The notes: generated by a model from the letters alone, not told the origin. Positions 9,144 to 19,415 are shown, counted from the stretch's first letter. The stretch is 57,361 nucleotides of DNA from a virus (IMGVR_UViG_3300025725_000003:1-57361); one strand, 5' to 3'. A program made the numbers and translations.

Positions 9144-9371
9144 ATGAAAGACGGTTGCATCCATAATACTATTCGAGAAAACGTGTCTTATTGCAGGCTA
9201 TACCAGGATAAAGTAACTCCACAACGTTGTATAATGTCGAAGCGTTGTGACGGTACAACCGCAGAAAAAAGAAAGTGCCCGGAGTGGGGATTAATTGAAC
9301 TTGCTGAAGAGAAGGAAAGAAAGATAGTGTCAGCCAAAAAGAAGCAGGATAAAAAAGATAAACTTAATTAA
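9144..9371 (+). CDS. Small Cys-rich hypothetical protein
   Basis: Coupled ORF with a CPEW motif that is also in ORF 9642. Confidence 0.55.
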   Translation: MKDGCIHNTIRENVSYCRLYQDKVTPQRCIMSKRCDGTTAEKRKCPEWGLIELAEEKERKIVSAKKKQDKKDKLN

Positions 9372-9391
9372 TAACTTCGAGGAGCTAGAAA

Positions 9392-9634
9392 ATGCCATAT
9401 TGGAATGATAAACCCGAAACGTCAGCCTACAAAGGTAATCAAGACAACGATGTAAAAAAGGATGCCAAATTGCTAATGTATGACATTGGAAACTTTATGA
9501 AAGTGCACCCAGGCTTACCAATTGACCGATTGGTCAAAGAGTTTTGTAACAAATGGGCTGGTTACAATAAAGATTATTCTGAGTCATTTATTGAGGGAAT
9601 ATTTAAAAATTTGTATGAAATAAAAATGGAGTGA
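9392..9634 (+). CDS. Hypothetical protein
   Basis: GGAGCT leader. Confidence 0.6.
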   Translation: MPYWNDKPETSAYKGNQDNDVKKDAKLLMYDIGNFMKVHPGLPIDRLVKEFCNKWAGYNKDYSESFIEGIFKNLYEIKME

Positions 9635-9641
9635 AAAAACG

Positions 9642-9827
9642 ATGTCTAACTATTCGAAATGTAGATTTTCGATGTTCTATGCTGTAGAATGGAGATGTGC
9701 AAAGTCGACGGAATTAAAACTCAAATGTGAAGGAGGAAGTGCTGACATGTATGATTGCCCCGAGTGGGTTAACGCGTATCATGTCTCGTTTTACGACCCA
9801 ATGGCACGAGATAGCATGAATGAATAA
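9642..9827 (+). CDS. Small Cys-rich hypothetical protein
   Basis: GGAGTGA SD; four Cys; CPEW. Confidence 0.55.
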   Translation: MSNYSKCRFSMFYAVEWRCAKSTELKLKCEGGSADMYDCPEWVNAYHVSFYDPMARDSMNE

Positions 9828-10020
9828 AAATCAAAGTGATAAAAGAGAGACATTATATTTATCAAAATGTTAAATAATTTCATACGAAACTTAAGGAGCT
9901 AAAACTATGAACCAACCCCCCAAAAAACCAACCCCACCCTCGATCTTTTCAACAAAATGGGAAATCCCATGTTTTGTGATTGTCTGTAACGCAGCCGGGC
10001 CTATCAAGGAGTTGAAGTGA

Positions 10021-10236
10021 ATGCCTGTTATAACCAAATCCGGTCTTTGGATTGATTATGATGACGACAACAAAGATCTATTCATTCGATGGGGGAAAAC
10101 AGAGGACTATCGTATTTCGGAGGACCATGGAGATATAATTCTAGATCTTGACGCTGATAATGATATAATTGGAATTGAATTGCTACATTTTGATGTAAAT
10201 ACCAAATATTGTGCCAAGCCAATAATTAAATTTTAA
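10021..10236 (+). CDS. DUF2283-family protein
   Basis: IDYD...DLFI...IILDLD...IIGIELL. Confidence 0.7.
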   Translation: MPVITKSGLWIDYDDDNKDLFIRWGKTEDYRISEDHGDIILDLDADNDIIGIELLHFDVNTKYCAKPIIKF

Positions 10237-10266
10237 CTTCCCATAAAACTTAGGAGCTTACACCCA

Positions 10267-10533
10267 ATGACAAACTCTGTAATAATACTAAAAGATCAAA
10301 GTAATGTCCTTTATGACCCTCATATATCAAATCAAAAAAGCACATGGTACAAAAACACACTCTCCGGGCATCCGGCCCCGGTTACTCGGTCAATACCATG
10401 CGGATCATGTAAAAAATATTTTCTGATCCAGAAAAAGAGAAATGGCGATGTTGTTAACTGTCCTAGATGTGGTGCTACCCATACTGTGACACAGAAGATC
10501 GCGGTTGTTACGTCTGTGGAGCTGGTAATATAA
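10267..10533 (+). CDS. Zn-ribbon protein
   Basis: CGSC...CPRCG; GGAGCT leader. Confidence 0.65.
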   Translation: MTNSVIILKDQSNVLYDPHISNQKSTWYKNTLSGHPAPVTRSIPCGSCKKYFLIQKKRNGDVVNCPRCGATHTVTQKIAVVTSVELVI

Positions 10534-10832
10534 TTAAGTGCACTAGATGGATACCTGATCCCATTGTCCCCCCAGCCGAGTTCTCTGGCGCACCTAGGAC
10601 GAAGTAATAACACCGACTAAAAAGGAATGAGAATATGCCCTACCAAATAATAGGATGTAATCTGATGTTCGGCGCAACACTAGATACATATAAGGGATGT
10701 GAGACATGTAACATAACAACCGCTCATAACAATTGTCTCTGTGATATCATGGTAGCAGAGCGGCATTACATATATAAAAAAATTAAATAAAACTTGATTA
10801 ATTTCCAAGTAAACTAAAGGAGCTTCCCCCCA

Positions 10833-11135
10833 ATGAATATACGAAAACCAATCGCTTGTTTAATTATATTTATATTTCTGATTTCAACCGCCGCGGCCGC
10901 AGACTTTAAAAAAATGGGTTACGATGCCGGATATAAAAAAGGTGTCATTGATGGAAAAAACGCAGGAACATATGACTGCCATAAATATGGGAAAACCCCG
11001 GTCCTTCGGCATGTTCCGAATGTTGTAGTTTCCCCCGGATGGTCTGTTTTGTATAAGAATGGTTATAAATCGGGTTATTCTGCAGGCTTTAATTCCGGAT
11101 ACCAGGCTACTCGATACGCGGGTTTGAGGAGGTAA
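10833..11135 (+). CDS. Small secreted protein with GY repeats
   Basis: Signal peptide ending AAAA; GYxxGYxxG repeats. Confidence 0.65.
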   Translation: MNIRKPIACLIIFIFLISTAAAADFKKMGYDAGYKKGVIDGKNAGTYDCHKYGKTPVLRHVPNVVVSPGWSVLYKNGYKSGYSAGFNSGYQATRYAGLRR

Positions 11136-11168
11136 AATTCCCCTCAATAAACCGTTTCTTATTTTGCA

Positions 11169-11606
11169 TTGAAAACGAAGGTGGTTATTATAACTTTAAA
11201 TCCTGCACACATTCCCAATAAACATAAAAAACTCAAATGCTTTTTTACGATAGTCGGCCCAAAAACCAACCCCACCAAAATCATTCTCTCAAAATCGATA
11301 AATAAAGATTGTATTTTAAATCATCCGTTGATTTATGATACTTCATTTAACACATCGGTGGAAATTCAGCAAATATCAAAGGCAGAATATATTAGACTTT
11401 GTGACATATTCGACGAGCTCGAGACTTTTAACATTCTTGGAATTTCAAATATAGAACAGATAGACGGGGAAATTAAAAGACTGGAATCAAAATTAAATAT
11501 CCCTGAATTTGTAATACGGCCGCTTAAGTCTGCTGCAATAATCAAACAGTTAAATCGTAGAATCGATAGGTTGATAACGTTAAAAGGGTTTTTTAAATCT
11601 GATTAA
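11169..11606 (+). CDS. Hypothetical protein
   Basis: 145-codon ORF on the coding strand; start uncertain. Confidence 0.45.
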   Translation: MKTKVVIITLNPAHIPNKHKKLKCFFTIVGPKTNPTKIILSKSINKDCILNHPLIYDTSFNTSVEIQQISKAEYIRLCDIFDELETFNILGISNIEQIDGEIKRLESKLNIPEFVIRPLKSAAIIKQLNRRIDRLITLKGFFKSD

Positions 11607-11639
11607 GAGATGATAGTTATTTTTACTTGATGGTTGCAT

Positions 11640-11654
11640 AACGGCGTTAACGTT
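11640..11654 (+). promoter_or_regulatory. Late-promoter motif variant (ACGGCGTTAAC) upstream of terS
   Basis: Matches the shared CAC(A/G)GTGTTAAC motif. Confidence 0.5.
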
Positions 11655-11690
11655 ATCAAATCAAACTCACATTATAGCATAGGTATAATT

Positions 11691-12140
11691 ATGGAAGTCC
11701 AAAAGAAACGGCATAGAGTACAGGCGCCGATTAACCCCAATGTTTTCCACTGGACCGGACCGCGTATGAGGGCCGTATTATTGATAGCGGAAGGGAAAAC
11801 ACGGCATGAAGCCATAGCTCTAGACGTTGGGGTACATTATTCTACGTATTGGGATTGGCGCCAACATCCAATTTTCCAAGCTGAGTTGAGCAGGTTAACT
11901 CTTGCAAATGAAAAAGCAACTCGTGAGGGGCTTCTTAGATTAGCTTTTAGGGCAATTGAAGCAAAAATAGGGAACGTTGCCGATGACCGAAGTACTGTGC
12001 TTGAATGGTCTAAATTTATAGCTGATCTTCAGGGGCATATGAAGCAGAAGATTGAACTCGAGGGCAACGTAAATCATACAGGTGAAGTTGTAATATACAT
12101 TCCCGATAACGGAAGAGACAAAAAGGATGATGAAAATTAG
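11691..12140 (+). CDS. terS: Terminase small subunit (HTH)
   Basis: HTH (IALDVGVHYSTYWDW..HP.F); C-terminal VVIYIPDNGRD typical of TerS; precedes terL. Confidence 0.8.
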   Translation: MEVQKKRHRVQAPINPNVFHWTGPRMRAVLLIAEGKTRHEAIALDVGVHYSTYWDWRQHPIFQAELSRLTLANEKATREGLLRLAFRAIEAKIGNVADDRSTVLEWSKFIADLQGHMKQKIELEGNVNHTGEVVIYIPDNGRDKKDDEN

Positions 12141-13542
12141 ACCGCAGTCGGGGCCGCAAGAAGCTTTTCTTAGTTCTCCTGCGGATATAATCATATATGG
12201 GGGATCCGCTGGCGGAGGTAAAACGACTGCGCTTTTATTGGAATGTTTACGAAATATTCATATAAAAGGATTTGGCGCTATAATATTTCGTAGAACATAC
12301 CCACAAATACGGAGCGTGGGGGGATTATGGGATACATCCGAGGAATTTTATCCGCACGCTGGTGGGTTACCAAAGGAATCTGATCTAACGTGGGAATTTA
12401 AACCATATGGGACTAACATTAAATTCGCTCACCTTGAGCATGAAAAAAATAAACATGATTATCAAGGTGCCCAAATCCCCCTCATATGTTACGACGAGTT
12501 GACACATTTCAGTGAGTCTATGTTCTTCTATCTTTTGTCCAGAAACCGTTCGACTTGCGGAGTCAAGCCTTATATAAGAGCAACCTGCAACCCAGACCCC
12601 GATAGTTGGGTAGCGTTTTTCATATCGTGGTGGATTGACCAGGATACAGGCTTTGCAATACCAGAGCGTTCTGGAATAATCCGTTATTTTGTAAGGATAA
12701 ATAATATAATTAGATGGGATGACAGTGTTGGGGCATTATGGGAACAAGTGAAAAACGAAATACCAGAAGAAGATTACCATCCTCAGAGCTTTACATTTAT
12801 TGCAGCTAAACTAGACGATAATCCAGCCCTAACTGAGAAAGATCCAGGATACAAGGGTCGTCTTATGGCTCTGGATATGGTTGAAAGGGACCGGCTGTTA
12901 GGTGGCAATTGGAAAATAAGATATCAAGCCGGAACAATGTTCAGGGAAGAATGGTTCACTCAGAATATAATAGACGTTTCTGAAATCCCCTGCAATCCTC
13001 TGGATCTACATTATATCAGATGGTGGGACGCGGCGGCCACCGCGCAGAGCAAGGACTCTAATAACCCGGACTGGTGCTCGGGTCTATTAATGGGTGAATT
13101 CAAAGGTAGATTCTATATTTTTGATGTAAATCATTTCCGAGAAACACCCGCGGGCGTTTACAGAAAAATGGAGTCTACCCGGGATATTGATGGTAAAAAA
13201 GTCACAATCGGAATGGAGCAAGAGCCTGGGTCGGCATCGGTTCGAGAAATTGACACTCTCAAAACTACAATGTTCTCAGGTTACTCTTTTCACAGTGAAA
13301 CAAGCTCGGGTAGTAAAATAATCAGGGCCAAATTACTTTCGTCTGCTTGTGAGAATGGGTTAGTTTATCTTATCCGCGGTCACTGGAACCGTGAATTTAT
13401 TCAGGAACTTGTTAATTTTCCAGATCCCAAATGGCACGATGATCAAGCTGATTCAGCTTCCGCTTCGTTTAATTATTTATCGAGTCGTAAAGGTATGAAT
13501 AATTTCAGTCTATCAAGTATTGCAACAACGATAAGCCGGTAA
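12127..13542 (+). CDS. terL: Terminase large subunit
   Basis: PQ.GPQ, YGGSAGGGKT, YDELTHF, ATCNPD; RNase H domain WDAA...EQEPG...HDDQADS. Confidence 0.96.
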   Translation: MMKIRPQSGPQEAFLSSPADIIIYGGSAGGGKTTALLLECLRNIHIKGFGAIIFRRTYPQIRSVGGLWDTSEEFYPHAGGLPKESDLTWEFKPYGTNIKFAHLEHEKNKHDYQGAQIPLICYDELTHFSESMFFYLLSRNRSTCGVKPYIRATCNPDPDSWVAFFISWWIDQDTGFAIPERSGIIRYFVRINNIIRWDDSVGALWEQVKNEIPEEDYHPQSFTFIAAKLDDNPALTEKDPGYKGRLMALDMVERDRLLGGNWKIRYQAGTMFREEWFTQNIIDVSEIPCNPLDLHYIRWWDAAATAQSKDSNNPDWCSGLLMGEFKGRFYIFDVNHFRETPAGVYRKMESTRDIDGKKVTIGMEQEPGSASVREIDTLKTTMFSGYSFHSETSSGSKIIRAKLLSSACENGLVYLIRGHWNREFIQELVNFPDPKWHDDQADSASASFNYLSSRKGMNNFSLSSIATTISR

Positions 13543-13581
13543 TCTTCCCCTTTAATACATACATTTTTATCTAAAAACTAC

Positions 13582-13610
13582 ATATTTTATCTAGTTCACA
13601 TTGTTAACAT
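13582..13610 (+). promoter_or_regulatory. Late promoter (TATA + TTCACATTGTTAACA) for the portal operon
   Basis: Shared motif, 18 nt before ATG 13628. Confidence 0.6.
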
Positions 13611-13627
13611 TTAAACGCGAGGAACAA

Positions 13628-14878
13628 ATGTCTACACTAAACGCCGCTGCTCCGACTCCACGAAATCAAGGTTTTAAACTAGCTGCCGCCGCTGGAGTAC
13701 TGGGGAAAAAAGAAAACCCGGCTAATTTTGGAGATTATGTTAATTTTGATACTACAAATCGCTTCAATCGTTACCCGCAACTTATTAAAAGCACCCCTTA
13801 TGCTTCGATTGGCCTCAAGAAACTTAAGACTTCTTTGACAAAAGGACTGGATTTTGACGGTGACTCGCAGCAAGATGTCGATGAATTTAGAGCATGGTCC
13901 AAGAAAACGAATTTCATCGGTCAGGCTCAGACAGTAGCCGGTAACCTTTATAGAGATGGCATTTTTGCGGGGATTTGTAGCGGGAATGTTGACAAACTTA
14001 AACTAAGGCCTCTACTCATGGGCTACACTACGATCCTTCCTGACGGTGTTACATCCGGCTCTAGCCCTGGGATTATTATGCAGCCGGAGGCAGCACAGTT
14101 TATCGTCAATGAGGGGGGAACTGGTCAACTAAAAGAAACTCCGTATCCCGCTGAAAATGTGGTTTATGGGGTAATCGACGAGTGGGATTCGATCCAAGAG
14201 GATCTTAGATTGCGGCTTACATGCGGACTGTATGGGGAAAGTATGGTCGATCCTATAGAACTTTCGATTCGTTATCTCCACATTATCAATCAGGGATATG
14301 TAGAGTACGTAAGAAAATACGGTATGGGTCGTTACTCTTATTCATTTCCGTTAATGGAACAGATGGTCGAAAAGGGACTCATAAACTGGGATCAGTTTCA
14401 GGTCGAAATTACAAACTGGATGGAGAAAAACCAGTACCTCCGCCAAAACGAGGACCTCGTGGGTGTCGTCAAGGCAACGCCTGTCGATGCTATGGGAAGT
14501 CTCGATGTCATGCAGTTTAAGAAGGCTCTAGAGACTGACATTCAGTTAGGACTTTTACAGTCTGATATTTCGATGGGTGACTCAAAGGGCAGCACATATG
14601 CCGCGGGTTATGTTTCTGAAAATGCTCGAATGGTTGTTCTCGATTGTCTTCAAAAAACCGAGATCAATGTTTTACAAGATTATATCGATAAACGGTTAGT
14701 TCTCCTAGGAAAAACGCCTGGGTCAATACAAGTCATTGTCGATGAATTGAGTCTGCCACAGATGGCAGCATCCGAAGTGCTGGAATGGGCGAATACCGGA
14801 ATCATACAAAATGATGAAGCTCGAGAATGGGCAGGTTTCCCCACATCAATAACGAGCAAGTGGCACGAAGTGGCATAA
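13628..14878 (+). CDS. Portal protein
   Basis: Position after terL, size about 416 aa, C-terminal GII.NDEAREWAG motif. Confidence 0.8.
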   Translation: MSTLNAAAPTPRNQGFKLAAAAGVLGKKENPANFGDYVNFDTTNRFNRYPQLIKSTPYASIGLKKLKTSLTKGLDFDGDSQQDVDEFRAWSKKTNFIGQAQTVAGNLYRDGIFAGICSGNVDKLKLRPLLMGYTTILPDGVTSGSSPGIIMQPEAAQFIVNEGGTGQLKETPYPAENVVYGVIDEWDSIQEDLRLRLTCGLYGESMVDPIELSIRYLHIINQGYVEYVRKYGMGRYSYSFPLMEQMVEKGLINWDQFQVEITNWMEKNQYLRQNEDLVGVVKATPVDAMGSLDVMQFKKALETDIQLGLLQSDISMGDSKGSTYAAGYVSENARMVVLDCLQKTEINVLQDYIDKRLVLLGKTPGSIQVIVDELSLPQMAASEVLEWANTGIIQNDEAREWAGFPTSITSKWHEVA

Positions 14879-14904
14879 AATGAGTAAATGATGGAGAATT
14901 GAAC

Positions 14905-15372
14905 ATGGTTGTTATTACAGCAGCAAATCTGAAAATGTACCAAGGGACCGTATGGGCAGAAGGAACAACGCACGGCGGGGCTATCAATACATCCGCTGAA
15001 ATCGCGGCAAGCGGTGATCAGATAATATTTGACGACGTAACCGACGCACAAAGAGTATCGGGCGTGACAGAATATCGCAAAGTGTTTTTCCGAAACGAAA
15101 ATGCAGATCCCGTCAGTCTAAAAATCTGCATTTCTCAAAACTACACGGCTTCAAATGAAACAATATCAATTGCGCTCGCGGCCACTGCATCAGACGTACA
15201 AACTGCGGCTACCGCTTATTCATATAGTACACCTTCTACCGTGGCAACCGGGTTAGATTTAGGCGCACTTGGAAATAATGCTTCGCAAGGCGTCTGGATT
15301 AAACGTGTTGTGTCTGTGGGGGGTAATGGGTATGCGGTAGACACCATGGCTTTACAAATCGGGATGTACTGA
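14905..15372 (+). CDS. Putative virion structural protein
   Basis: beta-rich; FDDVT...G.TEYRKVFFRN...GVWIKR pattern seen in phage fibre-associated proteins. Confidence 0.5.
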   Translation: MVVITAANLKMYQGTVWAEGTTHGGAINTSAEIAASGDQIIFDDVTDAQRVSGVTEYRKVFFRNENADPVSLKICISQNYTASNETISIALAATASDVQTAATAYSYSTPSTVATGLDLGALGNNASQGVWIKRVVSVGGNGYAVDTMALQIGMY

Positions 15373-15374
15373 TT

Positions 15375-15680
15375 ATGTACAGTGCTACTCTATTATACGC
15401 AGTTGAAAATAAAGATAATCCAGATCAAATTTCGGTTACTGTGGAATATAGTAACAGTGACAAAACGTTTAGTCGCCAGTACGATTGGATTTCAAATACT
15501 GTCAATGAAAAAACAATTGACTTGACAATAAAAGACGAACTCATTAAAATGAATATTGATACTCTAACTATTTTGGAAATTATGCAACCTAGGATCGGTG
15601 ACAAACATTCGCTTGTAATTGCATCTGATAAAACGGTTACGGTAAAAATCGAGAAAGTTGCGCCAATTAAAACCGGGTGA
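15375..15680 (+). CDS. Hypothetical protein
   Basis: Translationally coupled ORF. Confidence 0.55.
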   Translation: MYSATLLYAVENKDNPDQISVTVEYSNSDKTFSRQYDWISNTVNEKTIDLTIKDELIKMNIDTLTILEIMQPRIGDKHSLVIASDKTVTVKIEKVAPIKTG

Positions 15681-17230
15681 TGCTCATGACCATTAAATAC
15701 TGCGATTATATAAACGGACTCGATACTAATGCTGGAAATTATAATACCCCATGCAAAACAATAACACAAGCGTCCATTGGATTGACCGGTGGCGATGAGG
15801 TCCGTGTCGCAAAAAGCCCGGAACCGATTAGTCTAACCGGAACTCTTGCATTTACAGCAGGGAGTACTACGGTTACAGGCACGGGCACAATATTCACAAC
15901 AGAACTTGTAATCGGGGATTTTATAATAGGCGGTGACGGTCACTGGTATGAAGTTGTTACACGAACAAATGATACATCGGTGGTGCTTTACCAGAAATAC
16001 TCAGGCGTGACCCAAAGCGGTCTATCTTCTCAAAAACTCGGTGTTACGAGCACAGGCGCCGCGTCTGCATCGGCTACCACTATTCAGGCGGTTAGTGCTT
16101 CTGGGACATCGGCGGCTCAGTTGGTGATATCGGGCGGATGGGATTTATCCACTCAAAGTGTAACATGGCATACGTTTTTTAGACAGATGCACAGCACTTT
16201 TGCTAATCGGTACGGAAGCGGGTTATATGTAGCTCGAAATTATACAACCGTTAGCAATTTGGGATTTCTACGCTATAATTACGGCATTTATTACTTTACC
16301 GCCTCAAATAACAATATTGCAGAATCGTGCACGTGCAACAGTAATTCCAGCGGTATTTACTATCTCACTTCACCCCTAAACGCTGCAATATCCTGTATAT
16401 GTAATTGCAATTCTACGGGTATTTACTATGTAGCTGGCCAAAATAATATCGCAACATCCTGTACATGCAATAGTAATTATTTTTATGGTGTTTACAGTAC
16501 AGTTGCCCATAATAATATTTTAACTTCATGCGTATGTAATTATAATTCGTGGTACGGTTTTTACGTTTCCGCTTCCGCTAATAACATTGCAACATCATGC
16601 ACATTTAATAATAATTTCAGTTGCGGCATTTATTACCTCAATTCATCGAATAACACTGTATCATCCTGTACATGCAACAATAACACGTCTTACGGCGTTT
16701 GCTCCGACTTATCGACTCTCACTTATATAAATAATTATCAGTCGACATCTAATCAGTCGACATCTATAGTGGTTATGGCTGCAAAAACATATTCCGAAAT
16801 ACCCGCGGTATGTGTGCAACGTTACAATAATACTTCTGGCAATCATCGCTGTTATTATGAGTATGGCGTTACATACCGTAACACTGCAGATGCTAGAAGT
16901 GGCGAATGCTTGGAATATGACCCTACATCTCTAATATATTACATAAAACAATCATTTTATTTTGCGGCTAATAGTGGGGTTGACAAAACACTGTCCGCTT
17001 ATGTCAAAGCGTCAACTGTTTTCAATGGTGATGTGAGTGGCGCTATATTTTTCATGGGTATAGCAATAACGGAATGGTCAGATATTACCCCTACCGGTTA
17101 TGATGCATATGAACAGAAGTCACTAGTTGCAAATGCTGCGGACATCATTGAAGATGGTGTATTAGAACTTCAGATAAAAGTTAGAGGCGATGCGGGCAGC
17201 GTATATGTAGATGATTTTTCAGCCGCGTGA
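15677..17230 (+). CDS. Parallel beta-helix (NosD-like) fibre/spike protein with C-terminal CBM-like domain
   Basis: About six 22-23 aa repeats NNI.tSC.CN.N..GIY; GT.TFT.GST.VTGTGT.F fibre motif; ends VYVDDF. Confidence 0.7.
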   Translation: MMLMTIKYCDYINGLDTNAGNYNTPCKTITQASIGLTGGDEVRVAKSPEPISLTGTLAFTAGSTTVTGTGTIFTTELVIGDFIIGGDGHWYEVVTRTNDTSVVLYQKYSGVTQSGLSSQKLGVTSTGAASASATTIQAVSASGTSAAQLVISGGWDLSTQSVTWHTFFRQMHSTFANRYGSGLYVARNYTTVSNLGFLRYNYGIYYFTASNNNIAESCTCNSNSSGIYYLTSPLNAAISCICNCNSTGIYYVAGQNNIATSCTCNSNYFYGVYSTVAHNNILTSCVCNYNSWYGFYVSASANNIATSCTFNNNFSCGIYYLNSSNNTVSSCTCNNNTSYGVCSDLSTLTYINNYQSTSNQSTSIVVMAAKTYSEIPAVCVQRYNNTSGNHRCYYEYGVTYRNTADARSGECLEYDPTSLIYYIKQSFYFAANSGVDKTLSAYVKASTVFNGDVSGAIFFMGIAITEWSDITPTGYDAYEQKSLVANAADIIEDGVLELQIKVRGDAGSVYVDDFSAA

Positions 17231-17239
17231 TGTGAAAAT

Positions 17240-18148
17240 GTGAACGGGAGTTTAAAATACTGGATTAACGGTCGTCCGATTATACCCGATGCGGGGGGCG
17301 ATTTAAAGTATTGGAGTCGTGGGTCACCGTTTGGTGTATATGTCACGGAGCAAGAGACCGTAACAAAAGACTTCACCTCCTCTAATGATATTCAAACATT
17401 CGATGTGTTTTCATCCAGTAATGATATTGGATTGCAAAAACCATTTGCAAGTATAAATGATATTCGAACATCGGGCGCATTTCTATCTAGCAACGATATT
17501 AAATTACTGAAAATATTATCAAGTGCAAATGATATTCGAATATTGAAAGTATTTTTATCAAGTGGCGATATTCAATTACAGAAAATACGGTCAAGCGCCA
17601 ATGATATTTTATTGAGAAGTGTATTTTCAAGTGATTCTGGTATCAATCTTGCAAAAATCCTTACTTCTTCCAACAACATCAACTTATCAAAGTTGTTCAT
17701 ATCATCAAATGCAATACCTGCAGCATTATTAAATAAAACATTTTCAAGTACAACTGACATTCGGACATCAAAAAGATTTGCGTTTAGTAACGACATTCGA
17801 TTACTTAGAAGATTGGCAAGTACAAATGATATTCGAACAACGAAAGTATTTTTATCTATTAACGATATTGGATTACAAAAAACATTCACATGTATAAATG
17901 ATATTCGAATATCGAAAGTGTTTTTATCGAGTAACGGTATTCGAATATCAAAAGTGTTTACGTTTAGTAATGATATCCGATTGCAAAAAACATTCACCGG
18001 TACAAATGGTATAATTTGTGTAAGTGGGAGAGATTTCAAATATCCATTAACTTATACTGTTTATCAAAAATCAAGAACGGCGACTATCTACCAAAAATCA
18101 AGAACGGCAACTATCTATCGAAAATCAAGAACTGTAACATTTGTGTGA
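17240..18148 (+). CDS. 12-residue repeat (beta-solenoid/fibre shaft-like) protein
   Basis: Many K.F.S.NDI(R/G/Q) repeats; three terminal YQKSRT.T. repeats. Confidence 0.65.
   Translation: MNGSLKYWINGRPIIPDAGGDLKYWSRGSPFGVYVTEQETVTKDFTSSNDIQTFDVFSSSNDIGLQKPFASINDIRTSGAFLSSNDIKLLKILSSANDIRILKVFLSSGDIQLQKIRSSANDILLRSVFSSDSGINLAKILTSSNNINLSKLFISSNAIPAALLNKTFSSTTDIRTSKRFAFSNDIRLLRRLASTNDIRTTKVFLSINDIGLQKTFTCINDIRISKVFLSSNGIRISKVFTFSNDIRLQKTFTGTNGIICVSGRDFKYPLTYTVYQKSRTATIYQKSRTATIYRKSRTVTFV
18062..18142 (+). repeat. 3 x 27-bp tandem repeat
   Basis: TA(T/C)C(A/G)AAAATCAAGAAC.G..AC.(A/T)T. three times. Confidence 0.9.
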
Positions 18149-18156
18149 GGGAAAAT

Positions 18157-18510
18157 ATGGTTGACATACAATTAGGGCAGGGCGATTCCGATAATATTCC
18201 TGTAATTCTTATTGAGGCTGGGACTGGCTCAGATCTTACGGGAGCTGTTGTAAAATTAATACTCGCTGATTTAGCAGGATCTTTTAAGTTTGAAATCACA
18301 TGCTCGGAAGGTATTCGAGATCCTAACACGGATGAAATTGTTACTGAGTTCTCAGCAGGCGGTATTACAGTTCCTATTGCAGGCACACACACCGTGGATG
18401 ATGGTTATTTATATGGGGAATTTATAGTTACCATCGGTAATCGACAGGTAACTTTCTTAAATGGCAACAATTATTTTGTAATGAATGTCATAAAGAAACT
18501 TGAAAATTAG
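18157..18510 (+). CDS. BppU N-terminal-like adaptor domain protein
   Basis: QGD...DLTGA.V...G.LYGEF.VT...TF pattern. Confidence 0.55.
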   Translation: MVDIQLGQGDSDNIPVILIEAGTGSDLTGAVVKLILADLAGSFKFEITCSEGIRDPNTDEIVTEFSAGGITVPIAGTHTVDDGYLYGEFIVTIGNRQVTFLNGNNYFVMNVIKKLEN

Positions 18511-18518
18511 GTTTTTGA

Positions 18519-19415
18519 ATGTTACTCGATTCAAAAGAGATTCTTAAAATCGAATCTCGTTTCTCCTCGCTTATTGAACGTACTTTCTTCAAAGGTACCC
18601 TCGGTCATCGAGCTCCGGAATTCAATAACTATGTTTCGACGTGGTTCAAATCTAAAACCTTTGAAAAACAGATTGACTCTATCATAGACGACGCCTGTCT
18701 TTTTTCAGCCGATTTCACGGACAACCAAATTAAGATGTCACGAACCCCCGGTCCACGGAGAAGCCCACAGCGCCCAAAACTTAGTGCGGCAGATAATACT
18801 CCCCTCCCAATTACCGAAGAAGTCGTAGCCCAGGCCGAAGGTCTCGCCGTTGAGGTAACGGACGCGATTGTTACTATGCTCAAGGACGAAGGACTTTATC
18901 GGGCAGCACCTGCGGCTTTAGAACGGCGGGTAAGGGATTTGTGGGACGGTGATAAATACAGGGCAACGCGTTTTGTAAGGACATTCATCGCCGATGTAGC
19001 GACGAACACGGCTGTTCACCGTTATAAACAGAATGAAGTAGATATGCAGTTTTACGCGAAGATTGACGGGAGAACGTCACCACAATGTAGACTCATGCAT
19101 GGCGCGATTTTTAAGTTTGATTCTCCTGAAATAAGTTTATACCGTTGCCCCCTCCATCATTTTTGTAGGTCTGCTCTGATAGCATACCCTTCCTCTCTCG
19201 AAATGGATCAGAACATGCTCTTTAAAAACCGCGACTTCTCCAAGCAGATGAACCAGAATTTTTCTTTTTCTGAAAATGAAGTAGATTCAAAAGTTATTAA
19301 AAAGGTATTCAAGGATATTGGCACTTTCAATGAGAAATATCGGATTAGTCAGTTTATTCTGGACGCTGATATAGAAAAAAGGTTAATGAAGTTAGGAGTC
19401 GGTATTTCAAGTTAA
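18519..19415 (+). CDS. Minor head morphogenesis protein (Mu gpF/SPP1 gp7-like)
   Basis: RA..FVRT, DGRTSPQC..MHG and PLHHFCRS motifs. Confidence 0.88.
   Translation: MLLDSKEILKIESRFSSLIERTFFKGTLGHRAPEFNNYVSTWFKSKTFEKQIDSIIDDACLFSADFTDNQIKMSRTPGPRRSPQRPKLSAADNTPLPITEEVVAQAEGLAVEVTDAIVTMLKDEGLYRAAPAALERRVRDLWDGDKYRATRFVRTFIADVATNTAVHRYKQNEVDMQFYAKIDGRTSPQCRLMHGAIFKFDSPEISLYRCPLHHFCRSALIAYPSSLEMDQNMLFKNRDFSKQMNQNFSFSENEVDSKVIKKVFKDIGTFNEKYRISQFILDADIEKRLMKLGVGISS

Noticed and set aside
10535-10625. GC-richer intergenic stretch as a possible tRNA
   Set aside because: No cloverleaf, T-loop (GTTCRA) or acceptor stem could be built
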